The position numbers and the translations under genes are program-made. The notes below the pieces were generated by a model that saw nothing but the letters and a program-made list of their open reading frames with translations, was not told where the DNA came from and searched no databases. From NCBI GenBank assembly GCA_964525535.1, contig CAZGHT010000016.1, forward strand, positions 1,834 to 65,833: DNA of 64,000 nt, read 5' to 3'. The first letter of the stretch is position 1. Every line of letters begins with the position of its first letter. Below are positions 44,458-53,672 of the stretch, piece by piece. Source of the DNA: an uncultured Rhodothermaceae bacterium. GTDB lineage: Bacteria; Bacteroidota; Rhodothermia; Rhodothermales; JAHQVL01.

Positions 44458-47265
44458 TTACGCATGTACCTCCTGTTCAATGTCCAGCGTAGCCTGTACG
44501 ATCCCATCGTCCTGCAAGTAATTGAGCGTGAAGCCGAGCTTTTCGAATACGCGCTTCATGCCCTGGTTCTCGGGAAGGGTTTCGGCGGTGATGTGGGCCA
44601 GTCCTTCTTTTTTGCCGATTTCGACGAGGCGGCGAACCAGTTCGGTGCCGATCCCTTGCCGCTGGTACGCATCGCGCACGACGAGCGACAGCTCGGCGTC
44701 GGCCGAATCGATGAGCCGGCTTATCCGCCCGATGGCGAGGATCTCCCGGCCCTCCCCGTCTTCTCGTTCAGCTTCGACGACGAGCGCCATATCCCGGTCG
44801 TAATCGATGAAGCTGAGCCGGGCCAGCCGGCTGTGCTGGGTGCGCTGTTCGAAAGAGAGTGACTGGAAATAGCGGAAGTAGACGCTTTCTTCGGATAGGG
44901 CCGTATGCAGCTCGACCATCAGGGGTTCGTCTTCGGGCCGGATCGGCCGGATCGTGACTTCACGGCCGGAATACATGGTCCACGAACTCACATACTGCTT
45001 GGGGTACGGCCGGATGGCCGTTTTTGGCAACGCGTCCAGGGGGGTATCGATCGGGTGCAGCAGCACGCGCGCGTCCAGGGCGAGCAGGCGCTCGGAGGAA
45101 GCGAGCAAGGGGTTCATCTCGATTTCTTTGATCCAGGGATTCTCGATGACGAGAAGGCTGAAGCGGACCATCAGGCGTTCCAGCGCGTCGATGTCGACCG
45201 AGGCACGACCGCGAACGCCCTGCAGCGCTTTGTATATCTTCGTCCGCTCGATCATGCGAAGAGCCAGCGTCGTGTTGAGGGGAGGCAGGCCCAACGCCCG
45301 GTCCTGGAAGACCTCGACGAGTGAGCCGCCGGCGCCAAAGAGCAGAACGGGGCCGAACTGGGGATCCGTAGAGCTTCCGAGGATCACTTCGTACCCATCC
45401 AGGCGCTCCATGGGCTGCACCGTCACCCCGAGGAAGTGCCCTTCGCCTTTGAGATGGCGCACCTGTTCTTCCATGGTATGGTAGGCCTCCCGAACCGCCT
45501 CTTCCGACTGGAGGTTGAGCTTCACGCCGCCCACGTCCACCTTGTGGGTGATCGTGTTGGAATGGATCTTGATGACGACCGGGAATCCGAGTTCACGCGC
45601 ACGATCGACGGCTTTGTCGACGTTTTCGGCGAGGAAGGTCGGCACGGTGGGAATGCCGTAGGCAGCGAGGAGCTGCTTCGATTCGTATTCGTTCAGGAGC
45701 GTGCGGTTGGCCTTGCGGACCTGTTCGATGAGATCCGACGCATGTTTCGGGTCGGGGGATACTTCCCCCGGCACGGTAGCCAGCCCGGGTGTTTCGTAGA
45801 GCGCCTTGAGGCGATATTCGTGTTGCCACATGTAGGCGAACATGCGCGCTGCCGTGTCCGGATACTCAAACGTGGGGATGCCTTTCGTATTGAGGATGCG
45901 TATTCCGTCCTTGACGCTTTCACCGCCCATCCAACTCGCCAGTACGGGCTTCTGATAGTCGCCCGCGATGTGGCACAGCTGCCGGGCCGTTTCGGTAGGG
46001 GACGTCATGGATTGCGGGGACAGAATGACGAGCAGGCCGTCCGTGTTTTCGTCGTGCTTGAGGATGTGCAGGGAATCGGTATATCGCTCGGGGGCGGCGT
46101 CGCCGATGAGGTCGATGGGGTTGCCGTGGCTCCAGTGTTCGGGCAGCACGCCGTCGAGGGCCGTGCGGGTGTCGTCCGACAGGGTCGCCAGGTCGCCGCC
46201 GCTGGTCAGCAGCGCATCGGTGGCCAGCACGCCGGGGCCGCCGGCATTGGTTACGATGGTGAGGCGAGGGCCCTTCGTTGGGGGTTGTTTGGAGAGCACC
46301 TCGGCCATGTAGAACACGTCCGAGATCCGGTCTACCCGCAATACGCCGACGCGACGAAAGGCGGCATCGAGCACCTCGTCGCTCCCTGTCATGGAGCCGG
46401 TATGTGAGGACGCCGCCTGGGCAGCGGCTTCCGTCCTGCCGGCTTTGATTACGATGATCGGCTTACTCAAGGCGACCTCCCGGGCGGCCGACATAAAGGA
46501 GCGGGCGTCGCCGATCGATTCCATGTAGATGACGATGCTCTTCGTGGCAGGGTCGTCGCCCAGATAGTAGATCAAGTCGCCCCATCCAACGTCCAGCATG
46601 GATCCTATCGAGATAAACGAGCTGAAGCCCACGTTTTCCTGGAAGCTCCAGTCGAGGATGGAGGTGCAGAGGGCCCCGCTCTGGCTGATAAAACCGACGC
46701 TGCCGGGGCGGGCAATGTCGCTGGCGAAGGTGGCGTTGAAGCCGCTGGGCGGGTGCATGACGCCGAGGCAGTTGGGGCCGATGAGGCGTATTCGACCTTC
46801 TCTGGCGATGCGCAGGACATCCTGCTCCAGTGCAACCCCCTTTTCGCCTCGTTCTTTAAAGCCGGCTGAGATGATGATAGCGCCGTGAACGCCAACGTCG
46901 ACGCATTCTTGAATGATGCCGGGCACCGTGTGGGCCGGCGTTGCGATCACTGCCAGATCCACCTGCGCCGGTATCGCTCGCAAGGTCGGGTAGGCCTTTA
47001 TTCCGAGCACGCTCTCGCGCTTCAGGTTGACCGGATAGACCGTGCCTCCGAATGGGCTGCTGATGAGGTTGGACAAAAGGGTGCGCCCGACGCTGTCAGG
47101 CTGTTCGCTCGCGCCGATGACGGCGACATGCCGGGGTGTGAAGATGGGTTTGAGAGACCGCCTGCGCCGCCGAAGGACGTCGTGGGTAGGGTCTTTGGAC
47201 GCGAGTTCTGCTATAGAAGGGGTATTATTCGTTTCCATATACCATAGGTGTGTTTCCTCGTTCAT
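44458..47265 (-). CDS. Pat-type protein acetyltransferase: ADP-forming acyl-CoA synthetase-like (CoA-binding + ATP-grasp) N-terminal region fused to C-terminal GNAT
   Basis: 935 aa. CoA-binding block [15 protein letters not shown]...VYPVN. Succinyl-CoA-ligase-like and ATP-grasp blocks. C-terminal GNAT block [16 protein letters not shown]...[12 protein letters not shown]. An alternative ATG lies at 47238. Confidence 0.85.
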   Translation of the reverse strand: MNEETHLWYMETNNTPSIAELASKDPTHDVLRRRRRSLKPIFTPRHVAVIGASEQPDSVGRTLLSNLISSPFGGTVYPVNLKRESVLGIKAYPTLRAIPAQVDLAVIATPAHTVPGIIQECVDVGVHGAIIISAGFKERGEKGVALEQDVLRIAREGRIRLIGPNCLGVMHPPSGFNATFASDIARPGSVGFISQSGALCTSILDWSFQENVGFSSFISIGSMLDVGWGDLIYYLGDDPATKSIVIYMESIGDARSFMSAAREVALSKPIIVIKAGRTEAAAQAASSHTGSMTGSDEVLDAAFRRVGVLRVDRISDVFYMAEVLSKQPPTKGPRLTIVTNAGGPGVLATDALLTSGGDLATLSDDTRTALDGVLPEHWSHGNPIDLIGDAAPERYTDSLHILKHDENTDGLLVILSPQSMTSPTETARQLCHIAGDYQKPVLASWMGGESVKDGIRILNTKGIPTFEYPDTAARMFAYMWQHEYRLKALYETPGLATVPGEVSPDPKHASDLIEQVRKANRTLLNEYESKQLLAAYGIPTVPTFLAENVDKAVDRARELGFPVVIKIHSNTITHKVDVGGVKLNLQSEEAVREAYHTMEEQVRHLKGEGHFLGVTVQPMERLDGYEVILGSSTDPQFGPVLLFGAGGSLVEVFQDRALGLPPLNTTLALRMIERTKIYKALQGVRGRASVDIDALERLMVRFSLLVIENPWIKEIEMNPLLASSERLLALDARVLLHPIDTPLDALPKTAIRPYPKQYVSSWTMYSGREVTIRPIRPEDEPLMVELHTALSEESVYFRYFQSLSFEQRTQHSRLARLSFIDYDRDMALVVEAEREDGEGREILAIGRISRLIDSADAELSLVVRDAYQRQGIGTELVRRLVEIGKKEGLAHITAETLPENQGMKRVFEKLGFTLNYLQDDGIVQATLDIEQEVHA

Positions 47266-47699
47266 CGCTTGAGCCGGGCGGCTGCCATACCTGGACGTAA
47301 AGCGCAGGAGCCATCCTACACGTCATACTCCAGCGTGCAAAGTTGGATTGCTTCCTCGATGATTTTAATCAAGGTTTCGCACGATCCCTCCGCCGGCTAC
47401 CGTCCGATGAATCTGCATGTACTGAGGTGTGGCTTTGTTCGTTTGTGCCGGAACGGTGTCCATAATGCGTGTGCGCGCTCGCAGATGCAACGGATGCACC
47501 GATCTTTAACGATTCGTTTACGGATCGACCGGCGCCTTTCGGATGAGAAAAGGGGTAGCGATTTTGGTCGGATCTTGTTATTGTTACATTAAGGTTCCCG
47601 GATACGCAGTACCACCACTAGATCGCTGCATCTCCATACCCCCCGCGGTGTGTCGCCAGATGACCGCGTGTTTTAACCCACTTAACAGATAAAGGAGAT

Positions 47700-49220
47700 A
47701 TGTCGTCAAAAACCATCAATCGCAGAGAGTTTCTCGGCGCCGCTGCCGTGGCGTCTACGGTAACCATCCTGCCTCGTCGCGTACTTGGAGGCGCCGGCCA
47801 CGTCGCCCCGAGCGACAAACTGAATATGGCCCTCATCGGTTCAGGCACCATGGGGTTGAAAATGCTCATGAGCGCGTGGCTTCCCAGCGAAGACCTGCAC
47901 ATCTCGTGTATCGCCGATCCCAACAAAGATTCGAACGACTACCGGGATTGGAGCCCGCACGGCTTGAGAGACAACGTGAGGGAGTTCCTGGACGAGCCGA
48001 GATGGGGAGACGACGAAGGCATTCGAGCGGGACGGGAAGCCGGCAAGGAGCTGGTCGAGATTTACTACGGCAAGGTGCGCGGGATGAGCGACTACACGGG
48101 GTGCAATACCTACAACGATTACCGCGAGCTCCTGGACGAGGAACAGGATATCGACGGGGTGATCGTCATGACGCCGGAACACCTGCACGGCACGGTATCG
48201 ATAGCAGCCATGCGCCGTGGGAAACACGTCGTGTCGCATAAGTCGCTGGCCAACAGGTTCAACGAAGTGCGCCTGGCCTGCGATACGGCACGCGAAACGG
48301 GCCTGGTTACCCACCTGATGGCCTGGAACAATGACCTCGAGTTTTATCAGTTGCAGGACTGGTTGAGGTCCGGGGTTATCGGCACAGTGCGGGAGGTACA
48401 CAACTGGTCCAATCGTCCCGTCTGGCCGCAGGGATGGCTCCACTATCCGGAAGAGAAGATGAAGGTTCCGAGAGGCATGGACTGGGATCTGTGGCTCGGT
48501 CCCGTGCCCGATATGCCGTACCACCTCAACCTGACCCATAACCTGTTCCGCGGCTGGTACGAGTTTGGAAGCGGCTGCCTGGGAGATATGGGCAACTACA
48601 GCCTGTCCCGCGTATACCGCATCCTCGATCCGGGGCCGCCGCTCAGCGTCGAGGCCCGGGCAACGACCGGCGTCGAGATCCTTGGCAATACGAGCCGGCA
48701 GATGCGCTCTGATGTCGCCTTCCCGAATGCCAGCACCATCCACTTCCATCACAAAGATCTCGACATCTACTGGTACGACGGCGGCATCAAGCCGCCTACG
48801 CCGCCTGAGCTGTTCGATACCGGAGAGCAACTCGAGCGGGAAGGTATGCTGTTCGTCGGGGACTACGGCAAGATTCTGGGCAGCTTCCACGGTAGAAATT
48901 TCAGGCTACTGCCTCAGAAGCGCATGGACGCCTTCGCCGGCTCCCTCCTGGAAAAAGAGGAAGACGAAATCGTAACGCCTCTGCAAGAATGGATTACGGC
49001 CATCAAGGAAGGCAAGCAATCCCGGGCCAGCTTCCAGAACTTCCAGGATCTTGCCGAAGCGACCTGTCTCGGCAACATCTCGATCCGCCTCAATAAGCGC
49101 CTCGAGTGGGATACGGAAAAGGCGCAGTTCACCAACGCCGAGGAGGCCAACCAGTACCTCGGCAGAGAATACCGCGAGGGATGGGATCTCTTCGAAGGCC
49201 CGGTGTCGAGCGAAGAATAG
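47700..49220 (+). CDS. Gfo/Idh/MocA-family oxidoreductase with twin-arginine signal
   Basis: 506 aa. Tat motif NRREFLGAAAVAS. Rossmann block LNMALIGSGTMG, plus DIDGVIVMTPEHLH. Confidence 0.8.
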   Translation: MSSKTINRREFLGAAAVASTVTILPRRVLGGAGHVAPSDKLNMALIGSGTMGLKMLMSAWLPSEDLHISCIADPNKDSNDYRDWSPHGLRDNVREFLDEPRWGDDEGIRAGREAGKELVEIYYGKVRGMSDYTGCNTYNDYRELLDEEQDIDGVIVMTPEHLHGTVSIAAMRRGKHVVSHKSLANRFNEVRLACDTARETGLVTHLMAWNNDLEFYQLQDWLRSGVIGTVREVHNWSNRPVWPQGWLHYPEEKMKVPRGMDWDLWLGPVPDMPYHLNLTHNLFRGWYEFGSGCLGDMGNYSLSRVYRILDPGPPLSVEARATTGVEILGNTSRQMRSDVAFPNASTIHFHHKDLDIYWYDGGIKPPTPPELFDTGEQLEREGMLFVGDYGKILGSFHGRNFRLLPQKRMDAFAGSLLEKEEDEIVTPLQEWITAIKEGKQSRASFQNFQDLAEATCLGNISIRLNKRLEWDTEKAQFTNAEEANQYLGREYREGWDLFEGPVSSEE

Positions 49221-49248
49221 ATCTGAACAGCCCGAGTGCCTGTTAAAC

Positions 49249-49284
49249 GGGGCTCAGCGCGTCTTCGCGCCGAGCCCCTTTTTT
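49249..49284 (+). terminator. Rho-independent terminator
   Basis: GGGGCTCAGCGCG-TCTT-CGCGCCGAGCCCC, a 13-bp stem with one mismatch, followed by TTTTTT. It sits 29 nt after the stop of the oxidoreductase gene. Confidence 0.8.
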
Positions 49285-49287
49285 ATA

Positions 49288-49340
49288 AAGTGATGATACG
49301 CAGGTTGTGCACAGCACCCCGTATTGCCGGCTTTGAATGA
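49288..49340. repeat. Partial copy (left half) of the dispersed intergenic element
   Basis: AAGTGATGATACGC-N5-GTGCACAGCA...CGGCTTTG parallels 41052-41100. Confidence 0.65.
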
Positions 49341-49348
49341 CTGCTTTG

Positions 49349-50128
49349 TCAGAGTTGAGAGAAGGGCAACGGCCGCAAAATGATACTGGTGATGTTCGAC
49401 ACGGTATCGGCGTAGTACGGATCGGAACTCATCGTTTTCCAGTCCGGGTGATCCCTGAAGGCCGCCCAGCTGGCTTCGCGGTCCTCAAAATCGTCGAAGA
49501 TCAACAGGTAGGTCAGGTTGGGCAGCAGCGGCCCGACGATGGATTCCCCGAAGAACACGGGCGTTAATCCGGTGTCGTGAAAAATGTCGATTTCGCCTTT
49601 GTTGAACATCTCGATCTTGCGCATCGCCGCGTGGTCACTGTGGCTTTCGTAGATCCTCAGTTCGAAGATGCGCGGGTCGTTGTTCGCAGCGCGCTCCGGC
49701 ACGGCCACCGCCGGCATGCCGGAAAACGCCTTCATGAGCGAACTCTCCACCCGGGCGAAAGCGGGATTATCGAGTGAGGCTGCCAGAAAGGCTTCGCCGT
49801 CACGCTGGTATTGTTCGTCTTGCGCGAGTCTATCCCGCAACGTAGCCACCGATTCCAACGTCGGGTGCGGCAACAGTACGTAGATGGAAGGGGCATTGGG
49901 GCCATAGACGACATTAAACGCCCCCACGTGCTCGATGCCGTGCCGGTTCCAGGCAGGGATCGCCGCCTGGCCCAGGAAGTCGGCCACGCGATTCCGGTGA
50001 GCTCCGCTGCGGGTAGCCACTTTGTAGTGGCGCAGCTCGAAGTACTGGGGCTTGCGCTCGCCGCCCCAGGCAGACAGGCTGGCGGCCGGCGCCAGCCCAG
50101 CCGCTGCGACAAAGTCTCTTCTTTTCAT
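49349..50128 (-). CDS. NIPSNAP-domain protein (two domains) with twin-arginine signal
   Basis: 259 aa. Tat motif MKRRDFVAAAGLA. The NIPSNAP hallmark occurs twice: YFELRHYKV and IFELRIYES. Confidence 0.75.
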   Translation of the reverse strand: MKRRDFVAAAGLAPAASLSAWGGERKPQYFELRHYKVATRSGAHRNRVADFLGQAAIPAWNRHGIEHVGAFNVVYGPNAPSIYVLLPHPTLESVATLRDRLAQDEQYQRDGEAFLAASLDNPAFARVESSLMKAFSGMPAVAVPERAANNDPRIFELRIYESHSDHAAMRKIEMFNKGEIDIFHDTGLTPVFFGESIVGPLLPNLTYLLIFDDFEDREASWAAFRDHPDWKTMSSDPYYADTVSNITSIILRPLPFSQL

Positions 50129-50214
50129 GCTGGTATTCGATGATTAACAAAGGGTGCGCGTCGGATGCGCTAACGTACGGATGGATAATGCGTGAGCCGG
50201 GAAACCGCCCGTAC

Positions 50215-51228
50215 TCACTCCATGATGGGAGTCAGCACCATATTGCGATAGAGCACTTTGCCGTGATCGCCTTGCAAGTAGATGGGGCCGGGTGAGAATT
50301 CGTCCGCCGTCATGGCGCCGCCGGTGACGCCTGGTACGGGTTCGTTATTGATGATCGTTTTGCCATTCAATGCGACCGTAACGTGGTGATCGTACAGGGT
50401 GATGTCCATCGATTGCCATTCCCCGGCCTTTTTCTCTGCACTCATCGAGGGCGTGATGCGGCTGTAGAGGGCGCCCATGTGGTGGTTGTCCAGCTCGTGG
50501 CCGTACGTATCCTGCACCTGGATCTCGTAGATGCCGCGCAGGTAGACTCCGCTATTGCTGCCCTCGGGAATGTTGACTTCGAGCTTGAGGTTGAAGTCTT
50601 CGAAGGTGTCGTCGGTGCGGAGGTTGCCGTAGCGGTATCGGTGGTCGTCGCCGGGAGGTTGCACGGGGTCGTTGACGAGGACGCCGTCCTCGACCTTCCA
50701 GCCATTTTTATGGTCTGGATTGATGAGCGACCATCCCGTCAGGTTTTTGCCGTTGAAAATCTCGATCGGCTCTCCGTATTTCGCCTGGGAGAGATCGGGA
50801 GCGGGAGGCAAGGGGGGCAGGCGCATCGCTTTGATCGGCGTGACGCGTTCGCCCATGCCGTTGCGGTTAGGCTCGTAGGCCTTGCCGACCAGCTGATCCA
50901 CGCCGGGTTCGAACACGTACCGGTTGGTGACGTGGTGGGTTCGGCCGTCCTCTTTGTCTACGGCAGCCACTCGGGTGACGACCAGTTTGTTGTCTGCGAG
51001 ATACGCGTTGGCGACGGGCAGCACGCTGCCGCCTCTGAAGAGGAGCTCGGCGTCCAGGTATCCCTGGTCCTTATGCACGTGCAGCCAACCCGCCCCGTTG
51101 GGGAGAAACAGGCCCCAGCGCCCCATAAACGGGTCCGCCTCTTGATCGGTCATGGACTGAGCGTGTGCCGTGGTCAGGGACGTCGATATAAGGCAGGTCA
51201 GGATAAATATCGATAGAAGGTGTCTCAT
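50215..51228 (-). CDS. DUF1080-domain protein (3-keto-disaccharide hydrolase-like), secreted
   Basis: I chose the start at MRHLLSIFILT (signal peptide). C-terminal DUF1080 blocks: LTGWSLI...GWKVEDGVLV, NSGVYLRGIYEIQVQD, GPIYLQGDHGKVLYRNM. Confidence 0.75.
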   Translation of the reverse strand: MRHLLSIFILTCLISTSLTTAHAQSMTDQEADPFMGRWGLFLPNGAGWLHVHKDQGYLDAELLFRGGSVLPVANAYLADNKLVVTRVAAVDKEDGRTHHVTNRYVFEPGVDQLVGKAYEPNRNGMGERVTPIKAMRLPPLPPAPDLSQAKYGEPIEIFNGKNLTGWSLINPDHKNGWKVEDGVLVNDPVQPPGDDHRYRYGNLRTDDTFEDFNLKLEVNIPEGSNSGVYLRGIYEIQVQDTYGHELDNHHMGALYSRITPSMSAEKKAGEWQSMDITLYDHHVTVALNGKTIINNEPVPGVTGGAMTADEFSPGPIYLQGDHGKVLYRNMVLTPIME

Positions 51229-51421
51229 GAGGGTAGGATTCCGGTTTTGGTGGTCCACGGTCGAATCGTTCCTCCGGGCAGAGGGGGGTAGGCAATTCGA
51301 GTCCGAAGAGGTAAGGTAAATCAATGAGGTAAATCTATGAAAAGGCTTTCAGAACTACCAGTTTGGAGTTCCCTGTTCGGGGTTTCTGGTTCAGCATTTG
51401 TGCCACGCCGGCCCCTGAACG

Positions 51422-52267
51422 TCATTGCTCCAATCTCTGGATCGGCTCTTGAGGTCCGGTCAGGATCATACGCGCCCAGGTCAGGTCATTGTCGCCGGTA
51501 CCGTAGATCATGAAGTGCCCACCGTAAGCGCCGCCGTCGGGGTCGCAGTGGACGATTTCGAGGCGGTATTCATGGCCTACCTGAGGCGGCTGCCATGAGG
51601 GGTCGCTGGCGGGAAAGGTAGCCGCCATCTCGACGCGGGCCTCCAGGATGAAGTCGCCCTCCCCCGTCCCCCAGGGGTTCATGGTAAGCGCGTAATCGAC
51701 GGCCGAAGCGGGGATGGGCTCCTCGAGGAAGTCGGCGTCTGCGGATCCATGGCGCCACCAGGTGTTGTACGGCGGGCGGCGTTCGTCGATGACGAAGCAG
51801 AAGGCATTGTCGCCCCGGGCGAACCATTCGGGCGCCTCGTCGCCGGGGGCCTCGATAAACCAGCAGATCGAATCCTTGAACATCCAGCGGCGGGGCGCGT
51901 GTTCGGGGTCTTCGACGTCGTTGTGGTTGTCGACGACGGCGGCTCCGAGGTAAAGGTACTGATCGTCCCAGGCGATGTAATACCGCGCCCGCAGGTCGTC
52001 TTCCGGGTGGCCGTCGTCGAAGGCCTGTTTCGTGAGTCGATTGCGCCGGCCTTCGTCATACCACTGTTGATGCCGGATGCGGTATATGTCCCAGACGCCG
52101 TCGTGGAAGGCGTGGTCTTTCCAGTCGTCAAGGTCGCCGTCGATCGAAGGCGGCTCCGTCAGATAAGGGACGAAGACGCGGTCCGGCGGTGGTATCTGCG
52201 CCAGCGAGGCGGTCGTGCACGAGAGCAGGAAGGCGAAACAAACCGTGAGGCTGAAAACAATGCGCAT
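51422..52267 (-). CDS. Secreted carbohydrate-binding (CBM9/DOMON-like) domain protein, hypothetical
   Basis: I chose the start at MRIVFSLTVCF (signal peptide). PPSIDGDLDDWKD ... ARYYIAWDDQYLYLGAAVVD is reminiscent of CBM9-like sugar-binding domains. This is a weak call. Confidence 0.45.
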   Translation of the reverse strand: MRIVFSLTVCFAFLLSCTTASLAQIPPPDRVFVPYLTEPPSIDGDLDDWKDHAFHDGVWDIYRIRHQQWYDEGRRNRLTKQAFDDGHPEDDLRARYYIAWDDQYLYLGAAVVDNHNDVEDPEHAPRRWMFKDSICWFIEAPGDEAPEWFARGDNAFCFVIDERRPPYNTWWRHGSADADFLEEPIPASAVDYALTMNPWGTGEGDFILEARVEMAATFPASDPSWQPPQVGHEYRLEIVHCDPDGGAYGGHFMIYGTGDNDLTWARMILTGPQEPIQRLEQ

Positions 52268-52466
52268 GGTGGGGTTGGGGTTGGAGAGGGTTGGGGCAGC
52301 CCTGGAAAGGCTCCACGCTGGGGACACTTTACTTCATGGGAACATAAGTGTATTTTTCCTAAAGGAAAAGGGTCCGGGTCGCCCAAAGGAGCTGGACCGC
52401 ATTTTCCGGAGAAGCTCCATCTTCGTTTTTCAATGGTCGAGGATCCACCCTAAAAGAGGCCGTCTT

Positions 52467-53369
52467 ATGCGTTTTTCGCTTTCCCTGTGTATTTTCGTGC
52501 TGGGCATCCAGGCTCAAGCCACCGGTCAGCCGGGCCCATCGGCCCCGGAGGCCGGCGATGCGCCGCCGACCTGGTTATCTGCGCTCACGTTTTATGCCTC
52601 TTTCGATGGCGGGCTCGAGGCGCAACGAGCAAAGGGCGACCCCGTGCTTTATACGTCGCCTGCATGGGATGCGCTCGATGAGGCGCAACCCGTGGCCCCG
52701 GATGACCCGCACGTCGAATTCGCGCAAGGCGAAGGCCGCTACGGGGATGCCCTTCGGTTCGATAGCGACTGGAACCCGGTCATTTTCTTCAAGGCCTCTG
52801 AAAATGTGCCGTATCAGGCCTCTGACTGGGCAGGTTCGTATTCGTTCTGGCTCCGCGTTCGGCCGGACGAGGAGCTCCGCGACGGGTACAGCGATCCCTT
52901 TATTATCACAGACAAGAACTGGGACGACGCCTCGTTCTACGTCGATTTCACCGAGGAGGACCGCCCCCGGCATTTTCGGTTTGCGGCTTTTTCCGACAAG
53001 GCGGTCTGGAACCCCGAACGGATCCCCTGGGAGGAAGTCGATCCTGATGAACGCCCCATGATCGATCTGGCCGACCATCCATTTCCACAGGGAGAATGGG
53101 TTCACGTGGTTTTGACGTTTGAAGGCGCGAATACGAGCCACTCCACAGGAATCCTCACGGGGTACCTGAACGGAATGCCCGCCGGCCGCCTGGATGGACA
53201 GCCTCTCCGTGTATCCTGGGATATGGACCGCGTGCTCATGGCGATAGGACGGCACTACAGAGGCCTGTTTGACGAGCTGGCCGTGTTCGATCGTGCGCTG
53301 ACTCGTGAAGAGGTGGCCGATCTGTTTCGCTCGGTTCCCGGAGAGGTGGTGCCTGAACTCAAGGACTGA
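52467..53369 (+). CDS. Secreted LamG-like (concanavalin-A-like lectin) domain protein
   Basis: I chose the start at MRFSLSLCIFVLG (signal peptide). WVHVVLTFEG ... GYLNG ... FDELAVFDRALTREEV is the typical LamG_3 C-terminal pattern. Confidence 0.6.
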   Translation: MRFSLSLCIFVLGIQAQATGQPGPSAPEAGDAPPTWLSALTFYASFDGGLEAQRAKGDPVLYTSPAWDALDEAQPVAPDDPHVEFAQGEGRYGDALRFDSDWNPVIFFKASENVPYQASDWAGSYSFWLRVRPDEELRDGYSDPFIITDKNWDDASFYVDFTEEDRPRHFRFAAFSDKAVWNPERIPWEEVDPDERPMIDLADHPFPQGEWVHVVLTFEGANTSHSTGILTGYLNGMPAGRLDGQPLRVSWDMDRVLMAIGRHYRGLFDELAVFDRALTREEVADLFRSVPGEVVPELKD

Positions 53370-53390
53370 CAGCCGAAAAACGGCTGCAGC

Positions 53391-53455
53391 GCCGTCTTTC
53401 AATGCCGTCTTTCAATGTCGTCTTTCAATGCCGTCTTTCAATGCCGTCTTTCAAC
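53391..53455. repeat. Perfectly head-to-tail tandem repeat, 5 x 13 bp (GCCGTCTTTCAAT)
   Basis: Units at 53391, 53404, 53417 (G>T at position 2), 53430 and 53443 (last base C). The array is intergenic: 22 bp after the LamG stop and 218 bp before the helicase ATG. Confidence 0.95.
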
Positions 53456-53672
53456 TTCAGAACTCCATCTGGAATGTTACGATTTATAGAATGCCTGTCT
53501 AAGTCATCCAAAATGGAACGGGCCTTGCTCAGCGTTATACAGATCGTTACATCTTCGACCCGCAGGTTATCTTGTTTTTTTTCCAACCGCCGTTCCTTTT
53601 CCCCTCGGTTTCGCCGTTCACGGGAAGTGCTGAACGTATCCCTGGCGCCATATCCCGGGATGCCTTCCTCCT

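Noticed and set aside
47248-47592. 114-aa plus-strand ORF in the 434-bp region between the Pat-type gene and the oxidoreductase gene
   Set aside because: It starts inside the 5' end of the Pat gene on the opposite strand. It has no recognisable motifs and an implausible composition. The region is better explained as a divergent promoter/UTR region.
53391-53455. The tandem 13-bp repeats as a possible CRISPR array
   Set aside because: The units are directly adjacent with no spacers and are far shorter than CRISPR repeats. No cas genes are present in the window.
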